DNA of 45,261 bases from Candidatus Scatovivens sp. (GTDB lineage: Bacteria; Bacillota; Clostridia; TANB77; CAG-508). Positions 35,482 through 45,140 of the stretch are shown piece after piece. The notes under the pieces are model-generated. The model saw nothing but the letters and a program-made list of their open reading frames with translations. It did no database searches and was not told the origin of the DNA. Numbering within the stretch: position 1 is the stretch's first letter; each line of letters starts with the position of its first letter. Made by a program: the position numbers and the translations under genes. The DNA lies in the NCBI GenBank assembly GCA_045630665.1, contig JAZQTI010000101.1, forward strand, positions 1 through 45,261, written 5' to 3'.

Positions 35482-37509
35482 ATGGATTTTAAAGAAGAAG
35501 AGAGAAAAAAAGTAAATGCAGATACAAAGCAAAAAATGAAAGAAGGAACAGAAGAAAGCTCACTAGTTGTTGAAGGTGGTGAGGTTATTGATGTTGTTGA
35601 TTTAATAAACAACATGGAAAATTCTGTTATAGCTGTAAGATTAAAAACTTTGTTTGAAAATGGAATAAGTGAATCTATGATAGAAAGTAGGTATCAAGAA
35701 TTGTCAAGTGGTGTTACTAATATGCAAACAGCACTTGATAATATGAGAACTGTTTGTGATTTGCTTTTACAATATCTTTCAGAGATACCAAATGGAATTA
35801 TTATTAATATGACTACAGGAGAAGTAGATGTTAAAAAAAGCTTAGAATCAGCTGTTGAATGTGGTATCTTAAGACCAGATGACATTTTAATTGTGGATCC
35901 ATTTAAAGAAAGATTTGAATTAACTCCAAAAGAGTCATTTGTAGAAACTATAATGAATTCAAAAATTTTTAGTACTGAAGAAAAACAAGATTTTTTGAGT
36001 GATTATAATAAATTTCTTAGAACAAATTATAGTTTGGGTTCTATAAGTCATAGTAAAAGTCGTGAAGATGATAAAAAATTGGATAAAGATTCTGAAGAAT
36101 TCTTGGCAAGTGAGATTGGTGAAACAAAAGAAGAACAAGAAAGACAAAACGAAAAAAGAGATTATTACAAAATGGATACTGTTGAAGACATGAGTTTCAT
36201 GCAAATGGTAATTTTCTTTGCAAAAAAAGACACTATTCCAGATATGAAGTTTGTTAATAAGAAACTAAAAAATTATGAAAATTCAAAATTTTATCAACGT
36301 GTAATTGGTGAAGACGGGAAGGTTGATTTTGATAAATTACAAGAATTTGAAAAAGAATGGTTAAAAGAATTTGAAGAAACTAATTTAAGAGATGAATTAA
36401 AAAGGTATAACTTATTTTTAAAAAATGAAAAGATTAATTTTAATGATTTAGATGATGTAAATAAAGCAAATTTAAGAGCTATATTAGCAAGAGGATACTT
36501 TTCTAAAAATGAAAGTAACAAAGAAATGCTTGAAAAATTATGTGAAAAAATAGGAATTCAGTCTAATGAAGAAGAGATTTTAAAAATTGTTGGAGTAAAT
36601 ACAATTGATGAGTTACAAGAATTTGCATCAGACCATAGTATTAACGAAGTAAATTATATGCAGCAAATTTCAGAAATGAAAAAATTTAAAAAAATGAGTC
36701 AAAGCGACAAGATGGTATTTGAACGACTAGATAAATTAAAGTTAGATATAAATCCTAATAATGTAGAAACAATTGCAAAACTATATGTAATGTATTCTGA
36801 AAAATCAAAAATGTATGATGAACGAAGCTTGGATTCAAAAATGTGTTTGGAAGTTGCTAATTCGATAGAAAAATATATGTATTATAACAAAGAATATTTT
36901 TCAGAATATATGACAATTTTAAATGAAAGTGGAAGAAAAATAAAAAATAAAATAAATTATGCTAATGTAAAAAGAGTATTAGGCCATAAAGAAACTAATG
37001 AAATTTCAGATAAAGGTGTAAAAGGCTTTGAAAAATTATTTGATGCAAAAATACTAGAATTAAAAGGTGAAGATGGGAAGATTACTCAGCAAGAATTTGA
37101 TCAATTTTTTGAAGAACAATCAGAAGAATTAGCAATATCTTATAATGAAGAAAAGAAAGCAAGGCAAGAGAAAAGAGAAGAAATAAAAGCTAAATATGCA
37201 GAAGATAATAATCCAAATGGAGGGGTTAATAATCAAAATGATAAAAAAACAAATAAATTTATGGCTTTTATAGGAAATATAGCCAAAAGAGTTACGTCAT
37301 TATTTAAAAAGAATGCAGTACCATTATTAGAAAAAGGAAAAGACGATACAGAAGAGAAAATAGATTCTGAAAAAACAAATGCAGAAATGAAGGATAATAA
37401 AAATAAATTAGATTATATAAAAGTAGATAAAACACCAACTATACAAATGCCACAAACAACTGAAATAGAAAATGAAGATAAAGAAAAACCTATAGATGTA
37501 GGAAGATAG
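35482..37509 (+). CDS. Large acidic orphan protein, about 675 aa (paralog family member 2)
   Basis: The ATG at 35482 follows GGAGAAG; the ORF-track TTG at 35455 has no RBS. It contains SKFYQRVIGEDGKVDFDKLQEFEKEW, GEDGKITQQEFDQFF, the amphipathic basic segment NKFMAFIGNIAKRVTSLFKK, and the tail ...KPIDVGR. Confidence 0.75.
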   Translation: MDFKEEERKKVNADTKQKMKEGTEESSLVVEGGEVIDVVDLINNMENSVIAVRLKTLFENGISESMIESRYQELSSGVTNMQTALDNMRTVCDLLLQYLSEIPNGIIINMTTGEVDVKKSLESAVECGILRPDDILIVDPFKERFELTPKESFVETIMNSKIFSTEEKQDFLSDYNKFLRTNYSLGSISHSKSREDDKKLDKDSEEFLASEIGETKEEQERQNEKRDYYKMDTVEDMSFMQMVIFFAKKDTIPDMKFVNKKLKNYENSKFYQRVIGEDGKVDFDKLQEFEKEWLKEFEETNLRDELKRYNLFLKNEKINFNDLDDVNKANLRAILARGYFSKNESNKEMLEKLCEKIGIQSNEEEILKIVGVNTIDELQEFASDHSINEVNYMQQISEMKKFKKMSQSDKMVFERLDKLKLDINPNNVETIAKLYVMYSEKSKMYDERSLDSKMCLEVANSIEKYMYYNKEYFSEYMTILNESGRKIKNKINYANVKRVLGHKETNEISDKGVKGFEKLFDAKILELKGEDGKITQQEFDQFFEEQSEELAISYNEEKKARQEKREEIKAKYAEDNNPNGGVNNQNDKKTNKFMAFIGNIAKRVTSLFKKNAVPLLEKGKDDTEEKIDSEKTNAEMKDNKNKLDYIKVDKTPTIQMPQTTEIENEDKEKPIDVGR

Positions 37510-37528
37510 TATTATAAAAAGGGAATAT

Positions 37529-39889
37529 ATGGATAATCAAACAAGAAAAATAACAGATGATGAATTTAATATTTTTGTAGAAAGCATATATAGACAACAA
37601 ATAGAAGAAGAAATAATGAATTCTATTTATGGAAAACAAATTGCTCAATTTGAAAAACTTGGAATTGGAATAGGGATTGAAGATATTGTTAGCAATTATA
37701 TAGCTATTGCTGGTATGAAGTATAACAAAGTAGGTAATGTTGTTTTAGAAGAAAGTTTATTAGCAGAAGTACATGCTAATAATTTAGAGGTAATAAGCAA
37801 AGCTCTAGGAGTAGATTTAACAAGATTATCACAAACAGAGATGGAGAATGTGCTTGCTAATACCGATTATGCATATAAAATTGCACAAAATCAAACAAAA
37901 GAAGAAGGCAAATTTATAAGAAATATAGATAAGATACTAGATGAAAATCTAGTAGTAAATAAGGAAATAACAGAAATAATAAAGAATATAGAATATCTAA
38001 ACATTCCTGAAGCCAAATTTGCTCTTAGTGCAGATGAAATGTATTATGTTTTAACAAGAATGGGTGTTTCAGAAGAAGAAGCTAAAGAACAAGTTGAAAA
38101 ACAAGAAAAAATGGTTGTAGAAACTTTCGTTGGAACAACAGCAGATGTAAGAATAATGGAAGCAGTGTTTTATGGACATTTGATTGCTACAGGTGAATCT
38201 GAATTATCAGAAGAAGAATTTATGAAGTATTGTAATGCCGATATAGATACATTTAAAACTTCAAAATTTTACTCCAATATAGTAGATGAAAATGGACAAA
38301 TAAGTTTAGAAAAAATAGAAGAATTTTTTCAACAATTTGTTCAAAAAAGAAATGATTCAGAATTGACAACAAACTTAGAGAGGTATCACTCATATAAAAC
38401 ATTACCTCAAGATGGAAGAGAAAAGTTTTTCAAAACATTATTAATAGCATATAAATCTGGTGATGAGATTAAAGGCCAAAATGCTAAGGTTTTAGCTGGA
38501 AAGTTTGGATGGGATGTGTTTGATGAAAATGGAGACTTTGATCAAAATAAATTGCAACGTATAGGAATATTAATGTTTGGACCTGAATTTAATATAGATG
38601 AAACTGTGGAAAAGGCCACATTTAATGATAAAACATTTTTAGATCTTATGAACAGATTCGAACAATCAATTATTAAAGCTGGTGGAAGTATAGAAGCCAA
38701 GAGTTTTGAAGAGGTTAATAAATTCAAAGCAAAGGCAAAAGAAAAAGAAGTAATTTTATGTAGTAAAAAAGAAGATATAACATTAAATGTCTTAAGCGGA
38801 ATGAATATGACTCCAGAACAAATTATGGCATTATATTGTAAATTTAGGACATTAGAATTAAATGAAAGACAAATAGTACAATTAAATAAAGCGCCAAAAG
38901 AGTTTACAGCAAAATCTGTAAATAATCCTCAATACAATGGAGTTGCAGAAATACTAAAAAAGTATATACTAGAAAGACCAGAACAATTTACAGAATATTT
39001 AAGTGAAAAAGGTGAATTTAAAGGTAAAACTGTATTAGATATGTTGGATGCTAAAAAATTTTCTTTTAAAGAAGAAACAGATATAGCAGCTGCGTTTGAA
39101 CATATTAGATTCCAAACAAAAGGAATAGATAAAAGGGTAGAAGAAAAAAGCGAAGAAATAAAAGCACTTAATTCTAAGTTGTTTGAGTTAAGAGAAAAAG
39201 GAAAAGAGAATTGTACTAACGAAGAAATAAGAACATTATTTAGAGATGCAAAAAAATTACAAAAAGATGATGTACTTAGAACTGAAATATTGCAGAAATT
39301 AAAAGATTTTGATCCTGAAATGTTTGATAAAAAATTCAAAAGATCAAATGTAGAAAATGTAATTGGAGAAGGCAAAGCTATTTTGTATGGTAAAATTGCT
39401 ATTGGGCTTAGAAAAGCTTTTGTAGTAATGCCACAAAGAATATTTAATAAAAATTATAGAAATATGGATATTATAGGGGTAGATAATTCTATATTAAAAA
39501 GATGGCAAAGGAATCAAAAAAAACAAGATAAAAATGTTGCTAATGAAAAAGAAAATAATAATCCAAATAATTTACCAGCAGTAAAAAAAGTAACTGTTTT
39601 TGATAAAATAAAAAATATGTTTAAAGGAAAAAAAGAAGAAGTAGCGAATAATATAGAGGAAAAAGAAGAAATAAAATCAGAAAAAGAAACTACTCAAGGA
39701 CAAGTTTCTGTATCAACTGGTATAAGAATGGAATCAATAGATACAACTATGATTGATGAAAATACACAAGAAACACAAAGTGTATTTGATACTAGATATA
39801 AAGCAGAAACTCCAGTTGTTCAAGAAAATTCTGATCAAAAAGATACACTAGAAGATGGTGAAAGAACATCAACTGATGAAGGGCGTTAA
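37529..39889 (+). CDS. Large acidic orphan protein, 786 aa (paralog family member 3)
   Basis: The gene starts 19 nt after the upstream stop. It is colinear with member 2: [26 protein letters not shown]...LERYHSY and [16 protein letters not shown]. It has the amphipathic segment [13 protein letters not shown] and the tail ...TSTDEGR. Confidence 0.75.
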   Translation: MDNQTRKITDDEFNIFVESIYRQQIEEEIMNSIYGKQIAQFEKLGIGIGIEDIVSNYIAIAGMKYNKVGNVVLEESLLAEVHANNLEVISKALGVDLTRLSQTEMENVLANTDYAYKIAQNQTKEEGKFIRNIDKILDENLVVNKEITEIIKNIEYLNIPEAKFALSADEMYYVLTRMGVSEEEAKEQVEKQEKMVVETFVGTTADVRIMEAVFYGHLIATGESELSEEEFMKYCNADIDTFKTSKFYSNIVDENGQISLEKIEEFFQQFVQKRNDSELTTNLERYHSYKTLPQDGREKFFKTLLIAYKSGDEIKGQNAKVLAGKFGWDVFDENGDFDQNKLQRIGILMFGPEFNIDETVEKATFNDKTFLDLMNRFEQSIIKAGGSIEAKSFEEVNKFKAKAKEKEVILCSKKEDITLNVLSGMNMTPEQIMALYCKFRTLELNERQIVQLNKAPKEFTAKSVNNPQYNGVAEILKKYILERPEQFTEYLSEKGEFKGKTVLDMLDAKKFSFKEETDIAAAFEHIRFQTKGIDKRVEEKSEEIKALNSKLFELREKGKENCTNEEIRTLFRDAKKLQKDDVLRTEILQKLKDFDPEMFDKKFKRSNVENVIGEGKAILYGKIAIGLRKAFVVMPQRIFNKNYRNMDIIGVDNSILKRWQRNQKKQDKNVANEKENNNPNNLPAVKKVTVFDKIKNMFKGKKEEVANNIEEKEEIKSEKETTQGQVSVSTGIRMESIDTTMIDENTQETQSVFDTRYKAETPVVQENSDQKDTLEDGERTSTDEGR

Positions 39890-39891
39890 AT

Positions 39892-41286
39892 ATGAATGAA
39901 ATTATTGTAATAGGTGGAGGGTTAGCAGGATGTGAAGCGGCTCTTCAAATTGCTAAAAGAAAAATAAAAGTAAAATTATATGAAATGAAACCATATAAAT
40001 TCTCTCCTGCACATAGTAATGAAGATTTGGCTGAAATAGTATGTAGTAATTCATTTAAATCCAATTTGATTACAAATGCATGTGGATTATTAAAAGAAGA
40101 ATTAAGAATATTAGGGTCAGAACTTATAAAAGTAGCAGATAATAATTCTGTTCCTGCTGGACAAGCTTTGGCTGTTGATAGAGAAAAATTCTCAAAAGAA
40201 ATAACAGATATTATTAATAAAAACGAATATATAGAAGTTGTTAGAGAAGAAATTACTCAAATACCAAAAAATGCAATTGTAATTATTGCAACTGGTCCTC
40301 TAACCTCAGAAAAACTATCAGAAGAAATTGCTAAATTAACAGGTAATGATAAACTATACTTTTATGATGCTGCGGCTCCAATAGTAGAAAAAGATTCAAT
40401 AAATATGGATATTGCTTTTTATGGTGATAGATATACTCAAGAAAGAGAAAAAGAAGAATCAATAGAGGATTGGAAAGAAAGAGTTAAAGATCATAAAGGA
40501 AGTTATATAAATCTTCCAATGAATAAAGAAGAATATGAACTTTTCTATAATGAACTTGTAAATGCAGAAGTTGTTAATTTACATGAATTCGAAAAAAGAG
40601 AAATTTTTGAAGGGTGTATGCCAGTTGAGATAATGGCTAAAAGAGGAATAGATACATTAAGATTTGGACCATTAAAACCTGTTGGGTTCACAGATCCAAG
40701 AACTGGAAAAAGACCATATGCAGTTATTCAATTAAGACAAGATAACCAAGAAGGAAATATATATAATATAGTAGGATTTCAAACTAATTTGAAATTTGGA
40801 GAACAAAAAAGAGTATTTTCTTTGATTCCAGGACTTGAAAATGCTAATTTCATAAAATATGGAGTTATGCATAGAAATACATATATTAATTCTACTTATA
40901 TATTAGACAATACATATAATATGAAAGAAAATAGAAATATATTTTTTGCAGGACAAGTTACTGGGGTTGAAGGATATGTGGAATCAATATCTTCTGGATT
41001 TGTAGCAGGAATAAATGCTGCAAAGCTATTTGAAATAAAAAATCAAATACAAGAAGATACATTATGTATTGAAAAATATGAATCTGAAAAAATTGTTTTT
41101 TCTAATCAAACTGTAATAGGCGCACTGGCATTATATATATCAACAGAAAATGATAAATTTCAACCTATGAATGCGAATTTTGGTATTTTGCCAGAGTTAG
41201 AAGAAAAGATAAAAGACAAAAAATTAAGATATAATCAATTAGCTCAAAGAGCATTAGATGATATAAATTTAAATAAATATATATAA
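39892..41286 (+). CDS. trmFO: Methylenetetrahydrofolate--tRNA-(uracil54-C5)-methyltransferase
   Basis: FAD loop [29 protein letters not shown] and [14 protein letters not shown] are TrmFO/Gid motifs. The ATG lies 2 nt after the upstream stop, which suggests translational coupling. Confidence 0.9.
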   Translation: MNEIIVIGGGLAGCEAALQIAKRKIKVKLYEMKPYKFSPAHSNEDLAEIVCSNSFKSNLITNACGLLKEELRILGSELIKVADNNSVPAGQALAVDREKFSKEITDIINKNEYIEVVREEITQIPKNAIVIIATGPLTSEKLSEEIAKLTGNDKLYFYDAAAPIVEKDSINMDIAFYGDRYTQEREKEESIEDWKERVKDHKGSYINLPMNKEEYELFYNELVNAEVVNLHEFEKREIFEGCMPVEIMAKRGIDTLRFGPLKPVGFTDPRTGKRPYAVIQLRQDNQEGNIYNIVGFQTNLKFGEQKRVFSLIPGLENANFIKYGVMHRNTYINSTYILDNTYNMKENRNIFFAGQVTGVEGYVESISSGFVAGINAAKLFEIKNQIQEDTLCIEKYESEKIVFSNQTVIGALALYISTENDKFQPMNANFGILPELEEKIKDKKLRYNQLAQRALDDINLNKYI

Positions 41287-41320
41287 ATGTGGATAAATTC
41301 TAGTTAATTTACATAAAATA

Positions 41321-41349
41321 TTGACTTTTTGTTACAAAAATGTTACAAT
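41321..41349 (+). promoter_or_regulatory. Sigma-A-type promoter for the small ORF and coiled-coil gene
   Basis: TTGACT (41321-41326), 17-nt spacer ending in TGT, TACAAT (41344-41349). Confidence 0.65.
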
Positions 41350-41386
41350 GGAAAAGTAAGAATTTATTAAGTAAAGGAGATTTTGT

Positions 41387-41497
41387 ATGGAAGAAAAATT
41401 AAATGAAGAAGGCGTAAAATTTGTTAAAGACCTAGTAAAAACAAAACTTGAGCTTAATGAAATTATCACAGAATGTGAAGTTAAAAAAGCAGAATAA
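41387..41497 (+). CDS. Small ORF, 36 aa (MEEKLNEEGVKFVKDLVKTKLELNEIITECEVKKAE); below the ORF-track size cut-off
   Basis: AAGGAGA (41374-41380) lies 6 nt upstream of the ATG. Its initiation region is nearly identical to that of the downstream 980-aa gene. Confidence 0.45.
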   Translation: MEEKLNEEGVKFVKDLVKTKLELNEIITECEVKKAE

Positions 41498-41543
41498 TTT
41501 TTGCTTGCTGAAATATAAAATATAAAAATAAAAGGAGATTTTT

Positions 41544-44486
41544 ATGGAAGAAAGAACTTTAGAAGAACTAAATAAAGAATATGTAGATTTAGTTAAAAAA
41601 GTTAGAGAAATTAAAGGTGAATTAGAAGCAGCAAATGCAAAAAAGGAAGCTGCTAACACTAGTTATGAAGAAGCATCAAGTACATATAGTGAAAAGGACT
41701 TAGCATATAAAGCTTTATTACCAGTACTTGAAGCAGCAGAAAAAGCAAATTATTCTGAAGCTGTTATAGAAGCAATGAGAAAACAAGTAGAAGATGCAAA
41801 AGCTGAATTAGATAAAGCTCAAACTGCATTAGATGAAAAAAGAACAGAACAAGAACAAATGGCTGAAGCATATAATGAAATTGAACAGAGAGCTCAAACT
41901 CAAAGCGATAGACTAGGAGTAATTGTTCAAAGTTTTGCAGGAAATGAAATTATAAACCAAGCTTTAAGAGATGAAATGGAATATGAATATCAAAAACTTA
42001 TTGATAAAAAACAAAAAGAACTTGCAAAAACTGAAGAACTAAAAACAAAAATAAATGAAGACCCTGAAATAAAACAAGGTGTAGGAGAACTTACAAAATT
42101 ACTTGAAGACTTTGAAAAAGCAAGAGCTAATGCAACAATAGATAATCCAGGTGAATTAGTAAAAATTGCATCAAAAATAAAAGTTCAAAGAAATGCGATT
42201 AAAACCCAAATGAGAAAATTAGGATTAAGAACTGGAAAAATAGAACCAGATGCAATTGATGATATGACAAGATTAGTTGATGACAAAGGTAGAATGGTAA
42301 TCAGAGAATTAGATTCTAGAGCTGAAGTTCAAACTGCTGAAATTGCAAGAGTAGAAGCAGAAAGAGATGAAGCAATGAGCAATCTTGCAGCATCATTAGC
42401 GGTAGGAAAAGATGAAAAAGTAGAAGGATATGATGAGGCTAAACAAGAAATTGAGAGAATGACAACAGAGTTACAATCTTTAAGAACACAACATGGAGAG
42501 AAGAAAACTAAGATTAAAGAAATTGAAGAAAAAACAAGAGAATTGTCTTCAGAATTAGATGGAATCAAATTAGATCCAGTAATGGCTGCAAAACTTGCTG
42601 AATTACAAACTCAAAAAGCAGAAATTGAAAAAGAAAAAGTTCCTTTAATTGAAAATCCAAAAAGAGCTGAATTACAAGCTCAAATTGTTGAATTAAATCG
42701 TCAAAAAAATACAGCTGGTAGTGGACAAGTTGAAACTGAAGCATACAAAGAAGCAAAAAAAGCTTTAGAAAAAGCTAGAAGAGATTTAGAATATGAGAGA
42801 AAAAATCCATCACTTGTAGTATTTTTTGGAAATAAAGATCAAATAATAGATAATCCAGAGTACAAAGTTGCAGAAGCAAGATTAGGAATACTTGAAAATA
42901 ATTATGAGTCACTTTTAAATACTATAATAGAATCTGATGAAGAGTTAAAAAGAATTGATGATGAATATGCAGATATCGAACAACAAGAAGATGAAATAAA
43001 AGCAAGAAGAGAAGAACTTAATGGAAGTGATTCTAATAAAAAAGAAGAGTTATATACAAATTATGTTGGAGAAGAATTATATCCAGACATAACAGACCCA
43101 GAAACAGAACAAGGAAAAGCTTTTGAGGAATATAAAGCTGCTGAATTAGAAATCAGAAAAGCAATGCTTGCTATACAAAAAGATCCTTCAGAAGCTAATA
43201 TTGAAAGATTAGCAACTGCAAAAAGTGTATTAGGTGAAAAAACATCTGCATTAAAAGTTGAATTAACAATTGCAAATGGGACAAGTTTTTCACCATCAAC
43301 TGAAGCGATACACAATTATTTAACAGGAGTATTAGAATCTGAAATAATTGGAGACTTAGATGCAGAAGTAGATGAAGCATATAATTTAAAAGCTGCAGAT
43401 AATGCAATTTCAGTGTTAGCTTCAAAATTAAAAAGAACAGATAAAGAAGCGATATCAGAATTAAGAAGATCTTCTAATGAAATTGCTAAATATTTAGATG
43501 TTATGCTATTAGGACAACCATATGATATTGATGAGTTTTTAGAAGCCGTTGATGTTCATAGCCAAAATATGAGACTTTTTGATGACCCTGAAAAAGTACG
43601 AGCTACTTTAGTTGGATCAAATGAAATGTTAGAAACAGAAAATACTTCATTATTTGGTTTTGGATTTATAAGAAATTTATGGTCAAAATTAACAATGCCA
43701 AAAGTAGATGAAGAATATGATTTACCAAAAAATAAAAGACCAGAAGTGTATGATGAATTAGAAGGAACACAAACTGAACTTAGAGAATTAGAAGCAAAAG
43801 AAAAAGGAATTGCAGAACGTAAAACAGAAGTTGATAGAGCGTTTAGAGAAAGACTTGAAGCAGTGATGTCTCCTGAACAAAAAGAAAGCTTATCAAAGAA
43901 AGATAGAGAAATTAAAGATATAAGAAAAAAATTAAAGGTTTTACCAAGAAAAATTAATAAAACAAAATTAGAAAGATTAGAAGCAGAAGTGGCTACTGCA
44001 ACAACTAAATTGAATTCAACACCACAATTTGAATCAACAATTGATGTAGGACAAATAGATTCAGAAATTACTAGATTAACAAGCGAAATGGAAAAAGAAC
44101 CTGAGCAAGTTGTAGATCCAGAAAAAGAATCTGATAGAAAAGAGAGATTAGCCCAAAAACAAGCTGAAATTGATGGATTAGGAGTAACAGAGAATCCTAG
44201 AGTTGCTGAAATTACGGCAATGCTACAACAATTAGAAATTGATTCTCAAAATGGAACAACAGAACTAACAGAGCTTGAAAGTAAAATTACTACATTGTCT
44301 AAAAATTTGGAAATTAAACAAAGAGCATTTGCGATATTAGAACTTGCAAAAAATAAAATTAAAAATTTAATACATATTAAAAATCCAAAATTTATATCTA
44401 ATAGAAATGCTAAAAGTGTTGCAAATCAATTAGCAGAACATGTAAAATCTAATGCTAAAAAACAAGCAAGAGGCGAAAGAGAATAA
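41544..44486 (+). CDS. 980-aa coiled-coil protein with no enzymatic motif recognised
   Basis: RBS AAGGAGA. The sequence is mostly heptad-like and E/K/A/L/Q-rich, with no P-loop, TM segment or signal peptide. One hydrophobic/amphipathic patch is SLFGFGFIRNLWSKL. Confidence 0.8.
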   Translation: MEERTLEELNKEYVDLVKKVREIKGELEAANAKKEAANTSYEEASSTYSEKDLAYKALLPVLEAAEKANYSEAVIEAMRKQVEDAKAELDKAQTALDEKRTEQEQMAEAYNEIEQRAQTQSDRLGVIVQSFAGNEIINQALRDEMEYEYQKLIDKKQKELAKTEELKTKINEDPEIKQGVGELTKLLEDFEKARANATIDNPGELVKIASKIKVQRNAIKTQMRKLGLRTGKIEPDAIDDMTRLVDDKGRMVIRELDSRAEVQTAEIARVEAERDEAMSNLAASLAVGKDEKVEGYDEAKQEIERMTTELQSLRTQHGEKKTKIKEIEEKTRELSSELDGIKLDPVMAAKLAELQTQKAEIEKEKVPLIENPKRAELQAQIVELNRQKNTAGSGQVETEAYKEAKKALEKARRDLEYERKNPSLVVFFGNKDQIIDNPEYKVAEARLGILENNYESLLNTIIESDEELKRIDDEYADIEQQEDEIKARREELNGSDSNKKEELYTNYVGEELYPDITDPETEQGKAFEEYKAAELEIRKAMLAIQKDPSEANIERLATAKSVLGEKTSALKVELTIANGTSFSPSTEAIHNYLTGVLESEIIGDLDAEVDEAYNLKAADNAISVLASKLKRTDKEAISELRRSSNEIAKYLDVMLLGQPYDIDEFLEAVDVHSQNMRLFDDPEKVRATLVGSNEMLETENTSLFGFGFIRNLWSKLTMPKVDEEYDLPKNKRPEVYDELEGTQTELRELEAKEKGIAERKTEVDRAFRERLEAVMSPEQKESLSKKDREIKDIRKKLKVLPRKINKTKLERLEAEVATATTKLNSTPQFESTIDVGQIDSEITRLTSEMEKEPEQVVDPEKESDRKERLAQKQAEIDGLGVTENPRVAEITAMLQQLEIDSQNGTTELTELESKITTLSKNLEIKQRAFAILELAKNKIKNLIHIKNPKFISNRNAKSVANQLAEHVKSNAKKQARGERE

Positions 44487-44498
44487 ATTATAAAAAAG

Positions 44499-44527
44499 AG
44501 TCCAGTTATGCGTAACTGGACTTTTTT
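44499..44527 (+). terminator. Intrinsic terminator after the coiled-coil gene
   Basis: AGTCCAGTTA, loop TGCG, TAACTGGACT, then TTTTT. Confidence 0.85.
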
Positions 44528-44545
44528 ATGTAAATATGCTATAAT
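44517..44545 (+). promoter_or_regulatory. Candidate promoter for island D; its -35 box lies in the descending arm of the upstream terminator
   Basis: TGGACT (44517-44522), 17-nt spacer ending in TGC, TATAAT (44540-44545). Confidence 0.5.
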
Positions 44546-44576
44546 ATAAGTACATTATGTGGAAAGGAGGGAGAGT

Positions 44577-44873
44577 ATGAAGCGGTTTACAAGGAATTTG
44601 TTGCCCGTTATCATATTAGTTGCACTCATTATTGCATTGGCTGCACTGGGATTGATTGGGGAACTTCTTGCTTCTGTTGGGAACTTTGTTATCAAATTCT
44701 TTGTTAAAAATTGGGATTATGCATTGGTTGCTGTTATTGCTTCGGTATTAACAAGCCTCATTTGCACCTGGTTGGATGACAAAGAAGTAACTGGTAACAC
44801 GATTCTGACAAGAAAAAAGAGAGTTAACAAGGGAACACCCAGAACAGGCGGCCATGTTGAAGATGTAGAGTAA
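44577..44873 (+). CDS. Small two-TM membrane protein, 98 aa (island D; compositionally foreign)
   Basis: The ATG at 44577 follows AGGAGGGAG. Two hydrophobic helices (LLPVIILVALIIALAALGLIG and YALVAVIASVLTSLICTW) and a basic tail. G+C is 25/60 in nt 44641-44700. Confidence 0.65.
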   Translation: MKRFTRNLLPVIILVALIIALAALGLIGELLASVGNFVIKFFVKNWDYALVAVIASVLTSLICTWLDDKEVTGNTILTRKKRVNKGTPRTGGHVEDVE

Positions 44874-44906
44874 CATCCCTACATTCGAACTACTCGAGTG
44901 CCAATA

Positions 44907-44943
44907 AGCTCCAAGTTTCAAACGAAACGAGGGGCTTTTTTGG
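44907..44943 (+). terminator. Interrupted hairpin plus T-tract after island D
   Basis: AGCTCC-AA-GTTTC, loop AAAC, GAAAC-GA-GGGGCT, then TTTTTTT. Confidence 0.6.
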
Positions 44944-45036
44944 TGCTTAAAAAACAAATAGTATTTGTAAAAATATTTAATATAAAAAACGAGATTATAC
45001 TAGGGAAATCAATAAAAATAAACTTTAAGTAAAGTA

Positions 45037-45065
45037 TTGACAGACTGTAACAAAGATGATAAAAT
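45037..45065 (+). promoter_or_regulatory. Promoter of the rpsL (str) operon
   Basis: TTGACA (45037-45042), 17-nt spacer ending in TGA, TAAAAT (45060-45065). Confidence 0.7.
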
Positions 45066-45140
45066 AGATACGCTGTTTAATATAGGGAACTCTATATTTT
45101 ACAGTATAAATTATAAAAGAAACGAGGTGAAAAAAGAAGA

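Noticed and set aside
6503-44576. Upstream-extended start codons given in the ORF track: 6503, 12105, 12778, 15204, 16703 (minus strand), 25192, 35455 and 44559.
   Set aside because: In each case an internal ATG or GTG lies 6-10 nt downstream of a clear GGAGG-like RBS: 6509, 12126, 12784, 15267, 16640, 25240, 35482 and 44577. The extended start would place the RBS, or even the promoter -35 box, inside the coding region.
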